Assembly: GCA_002633005.1 (NCBI GenBank)
Contig: NMRA01000110.1
Coordinates: 144,791-208,790 of the forward strand
Origin: Phoronis australis
Taxonomy: Eukaryota > Animalia > Phoronida
Direction: 5' to 3'
DNA: 64,000 nucleotides
A program made the position numbers and the translations under genes. The notes below the pieces were generated by a model. It was given only the letters and a program-made list of their open reading frames with translations, made no database searches and was not told where the DNA came from. This document shows positions 13,654-25,275 of this stretch, in pieces; position 1 is the stretch's first letter, and each line of letters opens with the position of its first letter.

Positions 13654-14354
13654 CTAAGCAATTCCAACATGGCCGCTAGGAGAGCCGCTGTTAGTATTTC
13701 TTCCCAACGTAGCAGCTACCGAAACAATTATAATTAGCAGTATCGGCAACACAATGCTTGCGATGATCAAACGTTCAGCTCGCTTGGCGCAAATGTTCGT
13801 TCTATACATAGTGCTTGGCTCACGTCCTTCGTAATACTTCCATCTTTGTCCGGCGGGCAAAAATGAACCCTGGAATTCCTGTCGGAAAAAAATCACGATG
13901 GCAACAACTGAGAAAATCCATAACAAATTCATATATTTTTCTTTCAAAGGTTTGTGACATCTTCTGTCAGCGTCTGTGACGATGACCTTTGATCCATCGA
14001 GAAGGTTCATGACGACCTGTTTCAGTACTCTTCCGTCGGGGGTCATTTGATACACCGAATCTCCTTTGCTGGATACACTATTGAGAGACGTTCGGCTGCC
14101 GTGCTCATCAAACGCAGGGTTCGTGTTACTATCGCCATCTGGCTTAAAGGAAATAACAAAGAACTTCTTTTTACCATTTTGTACACTAGCCGTTTCTTCA
14201 TCCGCCAAGTCTATACCGACATCAGACGGTGCACGTCCCGGTTCCCCAACGGCTACCCGGTAACTGAACCCAGGCATATTTCGATGATCATCCACGCCAT
14301 CTGTTTCATCCCTCAAAAAGCCTCCTCGGATATGTGATGGAACAAGGTCTCCGA
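13654..14354 (-). CDS. CD225/dispanin-family (IFITM/PRRT/SynDIG-like) membrane protein, terminal coding exon; core carries two compensating 1-nt frameshifts
   Basis: Long ORF with a hydrophilic N-terminal part, hydrophobic segment LLWIFSVVAIVIFF, alternate-frame PTGIPGFIFARR, and C-terminal AKRAERLIIASIVLPILLIIIV. Acceptor ctaat...gtgttgcag lies at 14355 and the frame stays open up to it. Start codon uncertain. Confidence 0.65.
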
Positions 14355-14521
14355 CTGCAACACGATTTAATTAGTCTCTTTTGCCGTCTTAGTCGGTATA
14401 TAATCACATCGCCTGGCATACGGTCGACATTACCTTGCCAAGAGGTGTCGCGTTAACCTGTGAGGAAGGTGAGAAACGACGCTAGCGACATCAGTGGTTC
14501 ATATGCAGAGTTAATGCTGCT

Positions 14522-14915
14522 ATGTTGCGGTGCATCGTCCCCGCTTGTCCGAAATAAGCAGCTGCGAGGAAAGTAGGTACATCGCTTTTTTTTTACTTCC
14601 TCAAGCGTCCGAAATGCTTAGGAAGTGGCTCATGGTAGTGAAGAATGACATGTACGCTGTAAATAGCAAGTATGAAGCCGTGAAACATCTCCGTGTCTGT
14701 GGCCTGCAGACGTCGAAAGTGCCTGACGAATGCCGGTTTACCAAATAACTCCATACGTTCCATTGTCTGAGCTTGTTCACGGCGCCTCTCTAGTATTTCT
14801 TCATCACTGTATTCCTGTTCGAATTGATAGCTTGTAAAACTTAACGATCCACCTGTGAAGTCGAAACTAATGAAATCTAGCTCGTCCTAAGTCGGGCCTG
14901 CGAGTTGCCATGTTG
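14522..14915. mobile_element. Decayed THAP-domain remnant (+) converging on an acidic YQFEQEYSDEE ORF start (-); Kolobok-like DNA transposon remnant
   Basis: + strand MLRCIVPAC / FFLLPQASEMLRKW...RVCG (THAP pattern, frameshifted); - strand reads SYQFEQEYSDEEILERRRE. Confidence 0.5.
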
Positions 14916-17900
14916 GCGTTTATTACTGAGCTTTCTGTTTCAAAATGAATTATTCTCACCCTAACCAATACTTATATAAAACTGAAACAAAGTCTGTCTC
15001 ATTAGATGTAATTTGGAATGCCTTTGGAGTGCTCGTGAATGCAAATGTTTTGAGAAGCCAGCAATGAATAAATCACTGCATTACCCGCTTTAGGTGCAAT
15101 AACTGAAACTAATTGACGGGACACCGAGGTCGTGTGAGCTCATGCTAATTTAGTGTTTGCTGGCAGAAACTGTTGTGAAACAACTCGATTCCCATCCCAC
15201 GGTCAAGTGTTAGGGGAATCTTTATTTACACTTACATTACTCAAAGAATGATTGTCAATGTACAACTTCTGCCCTGACGGTGCTGTGGCAGACTTCGGAA
15301 GCCCGGAACCTGAATTCGCGGCCCCCTACGAGTAAGTAGATTTGCAGTTTCGTCGCTTATTCACCAACATAATCACATGCACATTACTTTGGCACACAAG
15401 TATAGTATTTTCTTGACTGAAAGTTTAGTTTCCACTGAACTTTGGAAGGTTCATGTTTGTGATGTCTGATCAGTTTCCGAGCCACTGGCCGGGATGGCGC
15501 TAGTCAATCCGGCCGGCCGCGACGGGCCTGGGCGGGCTCCGAGCCACTGGCCAGGATAACAAGCGTTTTGTATTTAGGACTAAAAAAATCACATGTCTAA
15601 ACAACACAGATCTAGGTTCTCCTGTCTGTATCTCACGGAAAATACTTCGAAATTATCTCCGAACAGACCCCAAACTCCTGCTACGGACCTTATTGGCCTG
15701 CCGAACTTTGTAGGCTACGGTGTGTCCAACCAATAAATCCGTAAGAGCGAAATAAAACAACACATTTTGATAACAACTCGTTGTATTTTTAAGGGTTTTA
15801 CATCGAAGTTTGATGATTTATTGGTGTAAAACGATGACTTCAAGCGATAAGCTGACACCAGTAACCCGTGTTGTGAACTGCTGAACAGACTGCGTGTGAA
15901 ACCGATGACGTCATTTGATAATTTCAACACCTCCGTCTGCCGTCAGGTGTCAGGTAACGCAACCGTACGTGTCGTTACGGAGTAGAACTACTCGATCTAA
16001 GTTGATACAAATTAGGTTGTTCTTTGGGTGGCATGCTCCTTTACGAAACACAGGCAAATTATGGAAAATAGACGACTCCGTGGATACGTCCATACTCAAA
16101 ACTAACCTGTCTATGTCGGTTGGAAAATAGTGGAGAACTCGCCAGGAACATAAGTCTGCCACCCAATAATTCATGTGACATAATCGGCTAGAATGACGGA
16201 AATGCACAAACATGAGAAGAATTACAGGAATTTACGCCAGACAACACTTCAGCAATTGTAGAAGTTTTTGCATCAAAAGTGTTTCAATTTTCCGTCGTGA
16301 GTTTGTTTTCGATGGTTATATTTTTGCAAAAATCTGCCAGGCCAGTGACCCTCAACTTCCACGCAAACTCCAGGTACTCCCTTTACCGTCATGTAAGTTT
16401 AGAGCTCAGGCATGATGTCCACCAACACTAACCTGATTCGGAAAACTGCACGGGAAATTTTGGAGAAATGCAGTTATGCATTTTTCCACAAAGCTGTTGA
16501 TCGATTGAACACAGCTAAAACTACGTGTAATGTGGAGTGCTGTTTTGCCAGTGCCTATTCCGTGGATTTATTCAGAGGTTTTAACTAAAATCAGGTCTTT
16601 AAGCAATATTACTGAGTCGACACCTGTTTTTTTCAGACTGCTGAGAAAACTGAATGATGGGGACGCATTTTTCAAATCAACGGTCGCTAACTTTACAAAC
16701 AGGTCGCACGCAGTTCAGCGTGTTGCGAATGTTGCAGGTCGCAGCGACATTTTAAACCGTTTGTGGTGAAAACTGGATAATTATCACTGCTCAGCAGTAA
16801 TGCTTATCTCATTATCGGTTGTTCAAAGTGGATTTACCTATTTAGGAAAGTTCTGTATAATTAGGCTGACTGCTCAAGAACACACGAAATAATTTTTGAG
16901 ACTGAGAGATATTCAATCGCTTAATTAGTCAAGGAACATGACAAGGTTTTCAGAAACAATTTTAGCATGTTTAAAGCTTATCATTAATAATTAACTATTT
17001 CTGGAAGACTGAAGAGGAGTGCACACCCACCCGAGTGTCAACCCGAGTAAGCTCGTTATTATAGGAAATATCAGGAAGAGATAACCAGGAAGGGACAACT
17101 AGCTAAACCACCGTTTTTGGCCTCCTTCTCCGGTCTAATTTCAGGACTTAAGTTTCGTTTAAAAGGAAACAGATGATTTTATCAGAAAGATTAAAGCTTT
17201 TTCTATAGACGGATATCAAAAAACTCACTTTGCAACCTTAAACAGTGGTGTAATTGTACTTTGAAAATATCGACTTCAGCGTACGCAATCGCAACTTCCC
17301 ACACGCAGTCACGGGTATTTAAGCTTTTCCGTCGATGTATAGATGGCGCAGTAGTCAAGTACTCCCTCATTTGCATATCAAATTTGCATGTGGGAGTTCT
17401 GAGACTCTCGTCAGTTGTTGGTCGAGCGCTTGAGTGGATAAAGCGGTGACCTCCCGCTGAGAGCACATGCTGATGAAGATACCACTCGATCCTTTCGCAA
17501 TCAGGAGGTGAAAACACTCTCATGACCGCAGTTCTGAATTCTAGCTAAGAAAGCCCTATTTCGAGGAGCGGACTTTGAATTGTTTTCGTCCCCTGACAGT
17601 GGATTGCAGAGATTAGAATGAGGTCAACATCGAACTTTCTGCGGCTACGTATCGTGTTGACAAAAGTTTGAAGTGTCAGAACCATAGACGGAGCGCGCGG
17701 GATGTCTATGATTCCTGTTCTTCAGTTGACGAAAACATTGCTATCGGCATAAAGAATGGCCGTGGGAAATTAATTTTGAGATGGACACCTGCATCCAAGA
17801 ATAAATATTAATACTCTGTAATATCTCATCCGGCCTCCGCGTTTCGTTTCTTTGACGTTGTTTGAGGTTGCGGTATCGTGAAACAACACCGTCGGGTGAG

Positions 17901-19992
17901 AGAAGTTGCACCGAATAATTGGAATTGGCTGCAGTTCATTCCTTTTGAATGCCAGGACTCAACTGTGTCGTTTTCTTGGCAAGTCTCTTGCCTGCCGAAA
18001 TTTTTCTGAACTTTGGAGACATCGGCCTTCTCCTGCGCCAATCAACCTTTATCTGCTACAGAAATGTTATGCCTAATTTTCTACCATTTTAACACACTTT
18101 GTGGTTCTGCTACAATTAGCACTGCCACAATCGTATTTCTTAATTCCGCCACAGTATGCCTACTTGGAAGTTAGTTTTGCTAGGTGTCCTTCCAAATTAA
18201 GCCACAACAGTTGTTCATCATTAAATGCCTCAAATTCCTTGACGCCATGGACATTTCCGTCAACACAAAACGCACCCTTGCCATTCTTAAAAATTCGTAT
18301 ATATGTGCTATAATTGCTTCGAAGGACCGGCAGTAACCGTGGCTGGAATGTCGGCAGCTTCGCGACAAAGTATACAACTAACTCCTGTTGAAATTCTCCA
18401 TACTTCAAAATTCTTGTTTCCAGGTGCTGGTAATTGCCTTCAATGGTTTTCATAATAAGAGACTAGAAATCCGACTTGTCACTGCCTTACATTTTCACTG
18501 GCCACCTTGCTACAGTCGACTTCCGCAATAGCCGAATTAGTGTCCACATTTGTGGTCACGTGCCGGATACAGGCCCATGAGACAAGTTGCAGCAACAAAT
18601 TCAGTACGAATCCATAAACCCTTTTACACGCACAATTAAATGCGCAAAACTACTACTGTATTTCTTAAACCTTTAATTTAATGCTCAAGCTATACAACGA
18701 GTGCGCTTTGAAACACAACATTGACCTTGGACCAACGATGGATTCCTTGCATCAGGATCTTAGTAAGCAGGGGGAGGGCGAGTGCCACCCCCCAAAAAAA
18801 TTGCATGCCTCAGGGTCAAACCATGGCAACCGACAAAGGTGTGGGGCTAGCTGGGGAAAGACAAAAAAGAAAGACTTCGAATACTGATCAAGAGAGAAAA
18901 TTCAAGACTTGACAACTCGGTATCAGTGTATGGTTTACAATTTGAGGGCCCTGGTCAGGACACTTGTTGTTAGAGTCTCCGTTTTTGCAGCACAGGTCGT
19001 CTAAGAGCCCTTGAAAATGTGCACTTTAATCATTCATACATGTATTTCGAAAAGTCGATAAAATTTGTAAAGCAAGTTTTGCGGAGCGTATTAATTCAGC
19101 CCAGGTTTTTCAGTGGTCCATAGGCGGTGCACTACAAGGGGGCTGAGGAGGCTTTAGCCCCAAATGTTTCAGTGCTGCGCCCTCTATACACCTCCGACAT
19201 GACACTGTCAACTACTCACGAGGGTAAGTTGAGATTCCAAATTCATCAAAAATACAAAACATTCGTGCACAGCACAGAAGCTGTCTTGTAAGAAATGGCG
19301 ATGCGTCACTGAACTTAGTTAAAGGCTGAAGGCTGACTTGCAAAAATTCGATCCATCATCAAACCACCATATCGCAAAGAAGGACACTAAACCATAACAG
19401 TGATACTCATGAATGGCGGGCAGCTCTAAATGCTTTATTGAATTAAAAATTAGACTAATGAAATTAAAAAATTTACAAACCGTAGATCGAAAAGAAGTTC
19501 AAGTCATTGCTCATAAATTTGGAAAGATTTTCTTTTCACTCCTTTGATGCTTGTATATGTAGTTTCCAGTAGAATTGTGCAATGAAACTAGGTTCTTCTA
19601 AGCCGTATCATTTGCTTGCCATTCCCGTGCATACTGCAAAGGCTGGACACGTCGTGACTCAGTGACGCACCCACGTTAAAAATAAGGTGTAGTCCTGCAG
19701 TAAGCTGCCTGCGTAGAATCCGCGCACAGTGATTGACGGGAAAAGAACTTGAACTGCAGGGGTTGAAGTATGTGCATTTTTGGGACACGCGTTCATTTTC
19801 CCCAGCCCCCCGGCAGAAGCTGGACAAGTGGCCGTGTTTCAACAAGGAATTTTGATACAGCTAGGGATCATACCTTTCAAAAAATCTTAAGGAAATGACC
19901 GTATTAAAATGAACTTTTCCCGAAACTGGGTCAAAAAAACGACCTTGTAGCCAGAACACGGGTATAGGTTCGAGTTAAGCCGCACGTCACAA

Positions 19993-20098
19993 ATGAATCA
20001 TAGAGGAGGTGACCAGCGACTAGCATTAGTTCGTCGAATTGCGCATGAATCATAGGGGAGCTGACAAGCGACTAGCATTAGTTCGTCTATTTGCGCAT
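19993..20098. repeat. 52-bp tandem duplication
   Basis: ATGAATCATAGxGGAGxTGACxAGCGACTAGCATTAGTTCGTC occurs twice. Confidence 0.85.
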
Positions 20099-20740
20099 GC
20101 ATGGATCAGACTTCCCGGCGGCGACGCCACGACACCGGTCACCGTGGCGGGAGCAGCTCATTTCTTGACAAAATAACACCTGCTTCTAAATCTGGATTCA
20201 AGCCAAATGACGAAGTCCACGCATACACACATGCAAGCGTATCCAAATACAATTAAATGTATTTTCATGTAAAACCATTCAATGTTCTAATTTTCTAAGA
20301 TCTACCCAATCAGGAAGAACTCAGTGCGTTTCAAGTCATTCACCATAGGCACCTGAGGGTTCAAATAGGAAGCTCGCGTCGTATGACGTCATATGACGTA
20401 GGAGATGCGAATCTCATTTGCATATATTAGTGACATCTGTTGGTTCAAAAAAGATGATCATGCCCGAGTACATGCCTGGGAAGAGGCATCTTTTGGAAGT
20501 GTAAAACAAGTCATGCTCAAAGCATCCTAGTGCCATTAATATACAGTCTTTGGGGACCAAAGTGGTTTCATAGTTATAGCTAAAGAGTTAAGCTTCCAAA
20601 CACAATGCTTGGATTCCAGACGACTTTAATATTTACTTTTGAAATCACCTTTGAAAACACGTTAAAATGCGCTAAATTAGTTGTCCCTTCCTGGTTATCT
20701 CTTCCTAGAAATATTCAACTCATCTCGCACGGCAGTCCAG

Positions 20741-20968
20741 GGGCCTGTTCCAAGAAACTGACTTATGTTAATTTTTTACTTAAGTCTAAGATTAATCTTA
20801 TTTTCCAAACTTCGAAACTTCCACAATTGGAAAGTTAAGTCAAAATTAAGACAAAATTTAGGCAACACACTTATGTCATTAAGATCTCTTTCTTGAATTG
20901 GTTTTAGACAAATTTAGTTTTCATTTTAAGATTTGCCGTAGCTAAGTCAGTTTCGTTGGAACTGGCCC
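20741..20968. mobile_element. PIF/Harbinger-like MITE
   Basis: TIRs GGGCCTGTTCCAAGAAACTGACTTA / TAAGTCAGTTTCGTTGGAACTGGCCC; 3-bp TSD CAG. A related partial copy lies at about 44495-44626. Confidence 0.7.
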
Positions 20969-23709
20969 CAGCGCTGCGAACTCCAGATCTTAAAACCTTT
21001 GGCTTCTTTTGCGTCGGCTTCGAACAGCACACCCCACGAGCAGCTGATGAGGTGGCCACCGAATTATCAGACAACTGTCACACAAAACCGTTGCTAGAAC
21101 TTAACCATTTATAGTAAAATCTCAAAAACAGATCACATTTTGCTGTTTTTAGCTCTGCTGGTCAAAGTTAATAACTTCACGAAGTCAGTGTTATCCCAAA
21201 CAAAACTGTCCTAAATGTGTTTTTCGACCATAAAACCGTTTGTGACCTTATTAAAAGTAAAATAGATTGGAAAAAAATCAATAACACTTACACGTTATTG
21301 AAGGAACGCCGTGTGAGCTTAATTGATTTCAACTTGTCAGCGGTATCAAATTGACACCAAAAATTATAATTCAACATTTAAATGAGTGAGTTTGTCCTCA
21401 TAAATGTATCGGCAAGCTATTCTGATCAAAAGATTCTGGTAAACTAATTTGATAGCTTGCAAAACATTCTTAATCTTAAATGGTCACTGTTGAGAACACC
21501 TTATATGGTACGTTTGACCTGCCCGTTCCTAATAAAAATCCCAGGGGTTGATAATACATGTAGATCTTGAGTATAGTAGTTTTATCATTTCCACACCTCA
21601 TTCCCTTAGAGTTCTTGGAGTCGGAAGTTCCTCACTCATTCTTTTCACGTAAAATTTATCACCGTCGCACTGTACATTTTGGTCCAGCCACGGTGCCTAA
21701 TATAGACCTTTGATACTCCTAATATTATGTTAACAGGGTGACACTCGTGATAGGACAGTCACTCATTTCTACGGTAAGCGAAAACGGCTGGACGCTACCC
21801 CACCAACACGGTTCGCGCACTCAGGATCACAGCAGTGGTGTCATAAGCATTTTCATATTGGTTCGGCAAATGGCCGAGAAAGTCGGCAATGGGACGGTGC
21901 GGAAGGGGTAGTCTCCTGCACAGACCCTCTAGGTTGGTTTCGGTCTGCTACAGCGCACTTTTCCATATGCATTCTTGGAATATCATTGGCTATTCCGATT
22001 TCAAGAAACAAGGCATTCTATTGGTCAGGTGAATAATAGGTCAAACTAGTTCACCAACATTGCGAATTCTTCCAAGTCCACTAAGGAACAAGTTGAGACA
22101 GGGATATATACAGGGCTTGGGATTTTCCTTTTTGTTTTTATTTCCTTTTATTCGATTTCCAGCTTCTTTTTTATCATCATTTTTTGGCTTGATCCATGCA
22201 AAAACAGCTTAATTTTACAACACAAAAATATTTCTATCACACAAGCCTCTTGTGAAATGAAAGATCACCTGGAAAAGTTTCCTCTTATAGTCATTTCAAT
22301 TCCTGTATATAGTGGTAAGTTGCTCAGATAATAATTTATTCTTTTTCACATAAGATGCATTTATAGAAACTTTAAGGGATTTGATTCGAAAGAAATCTGG
22401 AAGCTAGAAGACACCATCTGATAAGCGCATTCTGAAATCAACAATTGTGCTTGTACTTTCCAAGATGTTCAACACAGATTGTTAGGTATAGGGATAGGGT
22501 TCATTCCACCATCCTTGGGCTTTCAGAGTACCCTCCTAAAACCATTCCAAGGCGGTACTCCCACAGGTTTATACAAGACACGACACTCAACTGGGTGATT
22601 TTTCTCAAACAATTTCTCTTCAAAATGGTGCTTGAAAAAATCCCTCCACAGCAAACTTTTTCCCATGAATACAACGGGTTTCACTCTGGAAGTTAAAACA
22701 GTGCAAATGGTACCTTTTCCTACTGCAATAGGGGTTTTAATACGATATCTGTATTTTTAAAACCTTGGACACCAGACTCATTTTTGAAGACAGGAATCTC
22801 TGATCCGACTTCTTCAAGCTTAATGGGTGAAAAAGACACAGCTGTCCAAGAATTACTACGAAAGGATTCATTTGTTAGCATTAGCTCTTATAAAAAGATT
22901 GTGCATTTGAAACATTAGGCTACAATTTTATTGAAGTCCAAACCTCAGACCACAAACACAATGTATTTTTAGCCACTGTCTAAATGGGTGGAGATTCTTC
23001 TAGTACTGGATTATGCACAAAACTAAAGGTTAGGGCCCATTTGGAACACCTCTCGGGTATTTTCGTAGCCACATATTTACCTTCGGAACATCTAGAGCAC
23101 CTCGGCTATTTTCTTATTTACATGTACAAATTTTTCTTAGAAACACTTCAGGTATTTTCGTAACCTCAAATATCCTCTCGGAGATTGACGTTATCCAAGA
23201 TATGGCAAGTCACGTGATTTTCAATCTTGACAATAATACGCAAACTGAAGTCCGCACACATGCAGAGAGCATTCACCTATTAGGTGAAATTTGTGGTTAC
23301 GAAAACACTCGAGGTGTTCTGGATGCCCTCGGAAGTTAATGTTTTCAGTGCATTCTCGAACTTTATGGCCAATCATTCTCCACTAAGTATGATAATCATG
23401 CAGGTTAAATTCACCTCCAATGAGAAAACTGAGGCCCCGAATGTACCCAAGGTGATCTGAATGGCTTAGGACCCTCAAGTTGTGCGGGTCCCACCTCAAA
23501 AAGGGAAATGGGGAAGAACAAATTAGTATTTCAACGATGTGGGGGGGGGGTGTAGCTTGAGAATTGTGGCTACCTGGAGGGTCGAAAATTGTGGTGTTCT
23601 AGGGTGTGAATACTGTATAGGCTGCGAAGTGTTGGAAATTGGGTGCCAGCAGTATCTACTGTAACACTGTACAGAGNAATACTCTGCCCTTGCCCCTACC
23701 CCCTAACTA

Positions 23710-23768
23710 AAAATCCTGGATCATCCCCTGCTGTGAGATCTTACAGCAGGGGAGGATCCTGGATTTCG
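23710..23768. repeat. Near-perfect palindrome, apparently two MITE ends back to back
   Basis: GGATCATCCCCTGCTGTGAGA|TCTTACAGCAGGGGAGGATCC. Confidence 0.7.
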
Positions 23769-23929
23769 GGACGTTTTAAATTCATAAAAAGCATTCAAAC
23801 AATGAAATTGAAAAAAATGCCAAGTGAAAAAAGTGAGGCCATTGTTAATTCAGGTTTTTTCCTAGTAAGGAATCGATAACTACATGATTTTGCTACAGTT
23901 TGTTGGAAAGATCACAATATATAAACAGT

Positions 23930-24170
23930 TACCTCACCAGAGAGTTCCCCCCGACCGCAAACTCGACCCAGTCTCAAAATAACTTTTACTCTCGCGACAC
24001 CTACCGACCTGATAACGTAACCCGGATGTCAGCATGCGCAGAGCAAACTTCCTGGTTAAAAATTGCCAGCTGACAGCCAATGAAAACCATTGTTCAAGTG
24101 CGCTGTACCTGGGCCTTCACAAGCAATCCTTGACGTCAACTTGTGAGGCCCGGGAACCAGGTTAGGGTTT
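23930..24170. promoter_or_regulatory. Candidate core promoter, possibly bidirectional
   Basis: CCGGATGT (24022), GCATGCGCA (24032), ACTTCCTG (24047), CCAAT (about 24077) and TGACGTCA (24131), flanked by outward-facing donor-like sites CTG|GTGAGG (- strand, 23937) and CAG|GTTAGG (+ strand, 24161). Confidence 0.35.
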
Positions 24171-25275
24171 GGGGGTCCTCCTTGGACTTGTATCGGTGCC
24201 GGAACTGATGCACCTAGATCTACTCTATTGGTAGCGCGAATTTACAACATTACAGTTTTTGATATCCTGTACTAAACAGTAGTATGGGTGTGGCACAACA
24301 ACATACAAGCTGACATGGTCAAGGGTTATCTCATTGTTCACCGCTTATATTGTTCATAAAAGATGCTTCCCTTTACAAGCACCTCATTCGATCAGGGTAT
24401 TCTCGGTAAACGCACAACATACAAATTTACGTAGACGTTTTGGCGTGTATGAAAACAGAAAAACAGGGCCATGCCTAGCTAATTATAGTAGCAAGTCTAT
24501 TATGAGTTATGAGTTTCGTCGCTGATGTACCCGTCTGGTCCAGTGTATGCTCATTATCGTTTTGAGAGGTGAAAAAGCCAACTCCCGGGCGAAAAGCCTA
24601 CAGCAAAAACCAGTAACAATCATCAAAAACCGACATGAGTGAGACGTATCGAAATGAGGAAAGGGGTGGTAATGGTTGACGGTTGTATCGTAAAAATGTT
24701 GCAAGTTAAGGACAAATACTTCGGGTGAATTGTAAAAAATGATTCTAACAAATCTATCGCGTACGTGCACCACCTCTAACAGCGAAGCCATGATACGATT
24801 ATGAAGACGTGAACTGGGTAACGTAACGGTTTGCCACGGTGTACGTACGGGTGATGGCTAAGTACGTGTGGTAGCAAATGACTGTTTCCAACGAGCATGT
24901 CCCACCTATACTCAAGACCCTATGTGTAGTATATACCCATAACACAATTAATTCAAGAGAGCTGAAAATACGAAAGGCCTGCATTGTCCATTCCATGTGG
25001 TCATGCTTATACAATCATATGTAACCTGTGCTACCAATAAGGTGATGTTATCAGAATAAGCTTCTATCTTTCGTTAACGTCTTAATAATCACATTCCATT
25101 GAGAAAGGTGTGCTCCATATGATAACCACACCTGTTAACGATGAAGGCAGCTGAGAATGACCATACTTAACCACTCACCTGAGTTAGTTTCCAACTTCAA
25201 CGGCATAAACCGTAAATAAACAATGTTACATCGGAGTTTGTTCTGTAGTGTGCACAACAGGGAGGTAATCAATTA

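Noticed and set aside
15540-17160. Possible decayed DNA-transposon coding region
   Set aside because: No termini or diagnostic motifs could be identified.
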